Source: a virus
Taxonomy: Duplodnaviria > Caudoviricetes
DNA length: 64,000 nucleotides
Virus record (IMG/VR): IMGVR_UViG_3300013901_000014
Span: 14,875-78,874 of that record
Direction: 5' to 3' (one strand)
Shown one piece after another: positions 62,444 through 64,000 of this stretch (positions are counted from its first letter, which is position 1; every line of letters begins with the position of its first letter). The notes below the pieces were generated by a model that made no database searches, had not been told where the DNA came from, and saw nothing but the letters and a program-made list of their open reading frames with translations. The position numbers were made by a program, and so were the translations under genes.

Positions 62444-63760
62444 ATGGCAATAGACATCAACGAATTAACACAGGCGGTGGCCGCGGAGCTCCGAAACGGG
62501 GCGACGGACCTGGGGAATGTGCCCGTGGCATCGTCGGTAACCGACGACGATATGCTGCTGGGCCAGAGCGGCTCATCGCTGAAGAAGATAAAGGTCGCCG
62601 CCATTGCGGCGAAGGGCAAGCCCGGCGACCCCGGCACACCGGGAGCGGATGCTGTGGTGTACAGGCTGCTGCCTGGTGCGCTTGTGTACAAGGCCGATAC
62701 GACGGCCATCGCGCTGAGCCTGCTGAAGACGGAGGGCGAGAGCACCACGACTGCGGAGCTGCCGAGCGGCTGGCGTGTGGTGGTCAGTTGGAATGCGGCG
62801 GGCGGACTGACGAAGAGCGCAACGCAGAGCACGCTGGCGAGCGTGAACCCGAACTCGCTGGCAGGGGCGACGAGCGTGCAGTTGGCGCTGTTCACGGCCG
62901 ACCCAGAGGCGAGCGGCAGCAGTGCAAAGCTCGTGGACAGTGCCACGCTGCTGCTGGTGGCTGACGGCAAGAAGGGCGACAAGGGGGATAAAGGCGATAA
63001 GGGCGACACTGGACCGAAAGGCGCAGACGGCAGCGGAGCAGGCTCGCTGGTGCTGCACCCCTACAACGATTTGGCGCATTTCCGCCTGTCGGCAATGGAT
63101 TACGAAACGGGCATTGCCACGCTCCAGGCTGCCCCCGAGGGTGTGAGCGTGGGCGACTTCTGCGCAATCGCCTATGACGTGGCCGACGCCATAGGCAGGT
63201 ACAACCGCTTGCCCGACAGCAAGTCAACAACCGTGCCGAGTAACAGCAGCCGTGCTAATGCAATTGCTTATGGCTACATCACCGCCATCAGCGGCACAAG
63301 TGTGACAACTACGTTCATTTACACGGGCAAGGGCACGCTGGCCACCCCCACAAACTATATGCTCGTGTGCTTTGGCGCCAGCGAGCCAACAACAGACTTG
63401 CAGATTACGCTGCCGAGCGGTTTTCAAGGGAAGCCGCTGAAGGTGGAGCTGTGGGGCCAGGCGATGAATAAGAATGGCCAATGGGACACTTGGAGCGTCA
63501 AGGCTGGCAACCAGAGCACTCTTAGTGATGTCGGGGGCGATAATGGCCACGGCAGCTATGTACACGAGGTTTATGAGTTCAACGGCCACACCGTCGGCTA
63601 CACCGATTTGGCCTATGCGACAGGAGCTTGGACGGCTGGAAGTTATCGGCAGAAGGACATTCTCATTAAGTGGAATTACAACGTTGCGGAGATGACGAGA
63701 GTCGTTGTGCCGTGGCAGTTTGGCATGTACGGTAACGTGGTTATTATTAGTTTATTATAG
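62444..63760 (+). CDS. Tail fibre protein, phage B
   Basis: Collagen-like G-X-Y joints around the shared module; AT-richer C-terminal domain. Confidence 0.8.
   Translation: MAIDINELTQAVAAELRNGATDLGNVPVASSVTDDDMLLGQSGSSLKKIKVAAIAAKGKPGDPGTPGADAVVYRLLPGALVYKADTTAIALSLLKTEGESTTTAELPSGWRVVVSWNAAGGLTKSATQSTLASVNPNSLAGATSVQLALFTADPEASGSSAKLVDSATLLLVADGKKGDKGDKGDKGDTGPKGADGSGAGSLVLHPYNDLAHFRLSAMDYETGIATLQAAPEGVSVGDFCAIAYDVADAIGRYNRLPDSKSTTVPSNSSRANAIAYGYITAISGTSVTTTFIYTGKGTLATPTNYMLVCFGASEPTTDLQITLPSGFQGKPLKVELWGQAMNKNGQWDTWSVKAGNQSTLSDVGGDNGHGSYVHEVYEFNGHTVGYTDLAYATGAWTAGSYRQKDILIKWNYNVAEMTRVVVPWQFGMYGNVVIISLL
62648..62989 (+). repeat. ~340-bp direct repeat, copy 2
   Basis: Matches 22716-23057. 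Confidence 0.95.
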
Positions 63761-63766
63761 CAAAAT

Positions 63767-64000
63767 ATGCAAGAATTATATCAAGACGAGAGCGGCAAGT
63801 GGTGCAAGCGCACAATTGCCGACACTGAGAAGAGCAGCGAGCAGCAGCCGAGCGAGGCATCGCAGGCGAGATGGCGCATTGCCGAGCTGGAGGAGGCGTT
63901 GAGGGCCAACGACTACAAGGTCATCAAATGCTTTGAGGCGCAGGCCACGGGCGGCACAATGCCATACGACATTGCCGCACTGCACGCTGAGAGAGAGGCG
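63767..64000 (+). CDS. Small tail-associated protein (3' truncated), paralogue of 24101 gene
   Basis: MQELYQDESGKW...RIAELEEALRANDYKVIKCFEAQATGGTMPYDIAALHAEREA, translated by hand. Confidence 0.75.
   Translation, partial: MQELYQDESGKWCKRTIADTEKSSEQQPSEASQARWRIAELEEALRANDYKVIKCFEAQATGGTMPYDIAALHAEREA
63874..64000 (+). repeat. >=127-bp direct repeat, copy 2 (runs off window)
   Basis: Matches 24262-24388. Confidence 0.95.

Larger units (their letters stand above)
24262..64000. mobile_element. Phage B, temperate siphovirus, one circularly permuted ~39.6-kb genome unit
   Basis: Complete second set of integrase, repressor, replication, terminase, portal, capsid, tail tube, tape measure and fibre genes; bounded by direct repeat 24262-24388 / 63874-64000. 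Confidence 0.8.

Noticed and set aside
22716-62989. Diversity-generating retroelement (TR/VR pair)
   Set aside because: No reverse transcriptase in the window; mismatches between repeat copies are mostly synonymous and not adenine-specific

Overview
The window is entirely phage DNA of Bacteroidales type (TAnnTTTG promoters, no SD motifs, genetic code 11) and holds two different phages back to back. Phage A (about 1-24.4 kb, running off the left edge) is podovirus-like: a >3650-aa polyvalent protein (zincin, kinase, ART-like, metallopeptidase and BECR-nuclease-like modules), portal, an oppositely oriented terminase/rhomboid operon, scaffold, capsid and a beta-helix/collagen tailspike. Phage B (about 24.3-64 kb) is a temperate siphovirus that appears as one circularly permuted ~39.6-kb unit: holin cassette, tyrosine integrase, an apparently intact attP, repressor switch, recombination/replication genes, methylase, terminase, SPP1-like portal, MuF toxin protein, amidase, capsid, tail, tRNA-Met, tape measure and fibre. 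It is bounded by a >=127-bp direct repeat (24262/63874), so it is either a phage-phage cointegrate or an assembly join. The main hidden signal is that toxin-like domains of the virion proteins seem to carry their own concealed antidote units. (i) A consensus promoter inside the giant ORF drives a nested out-of-frame 65-aa ORF just before the kinase domain. (ii) Both BECR-like nuclease modules, one per phage, are followed by an antisense promoter and a ~70-80-nt three-way-junction RNA with a U-tract, whose G-U pairs work only on the antisense strand. (iii) The papain-fold toxin has a candidate displaced immunity gene. Two tRNA-like elements (acceptor stem plus T arm only) lie in the early operon of phage B. 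All domain names come from motif recognition by eye, not from database searches.
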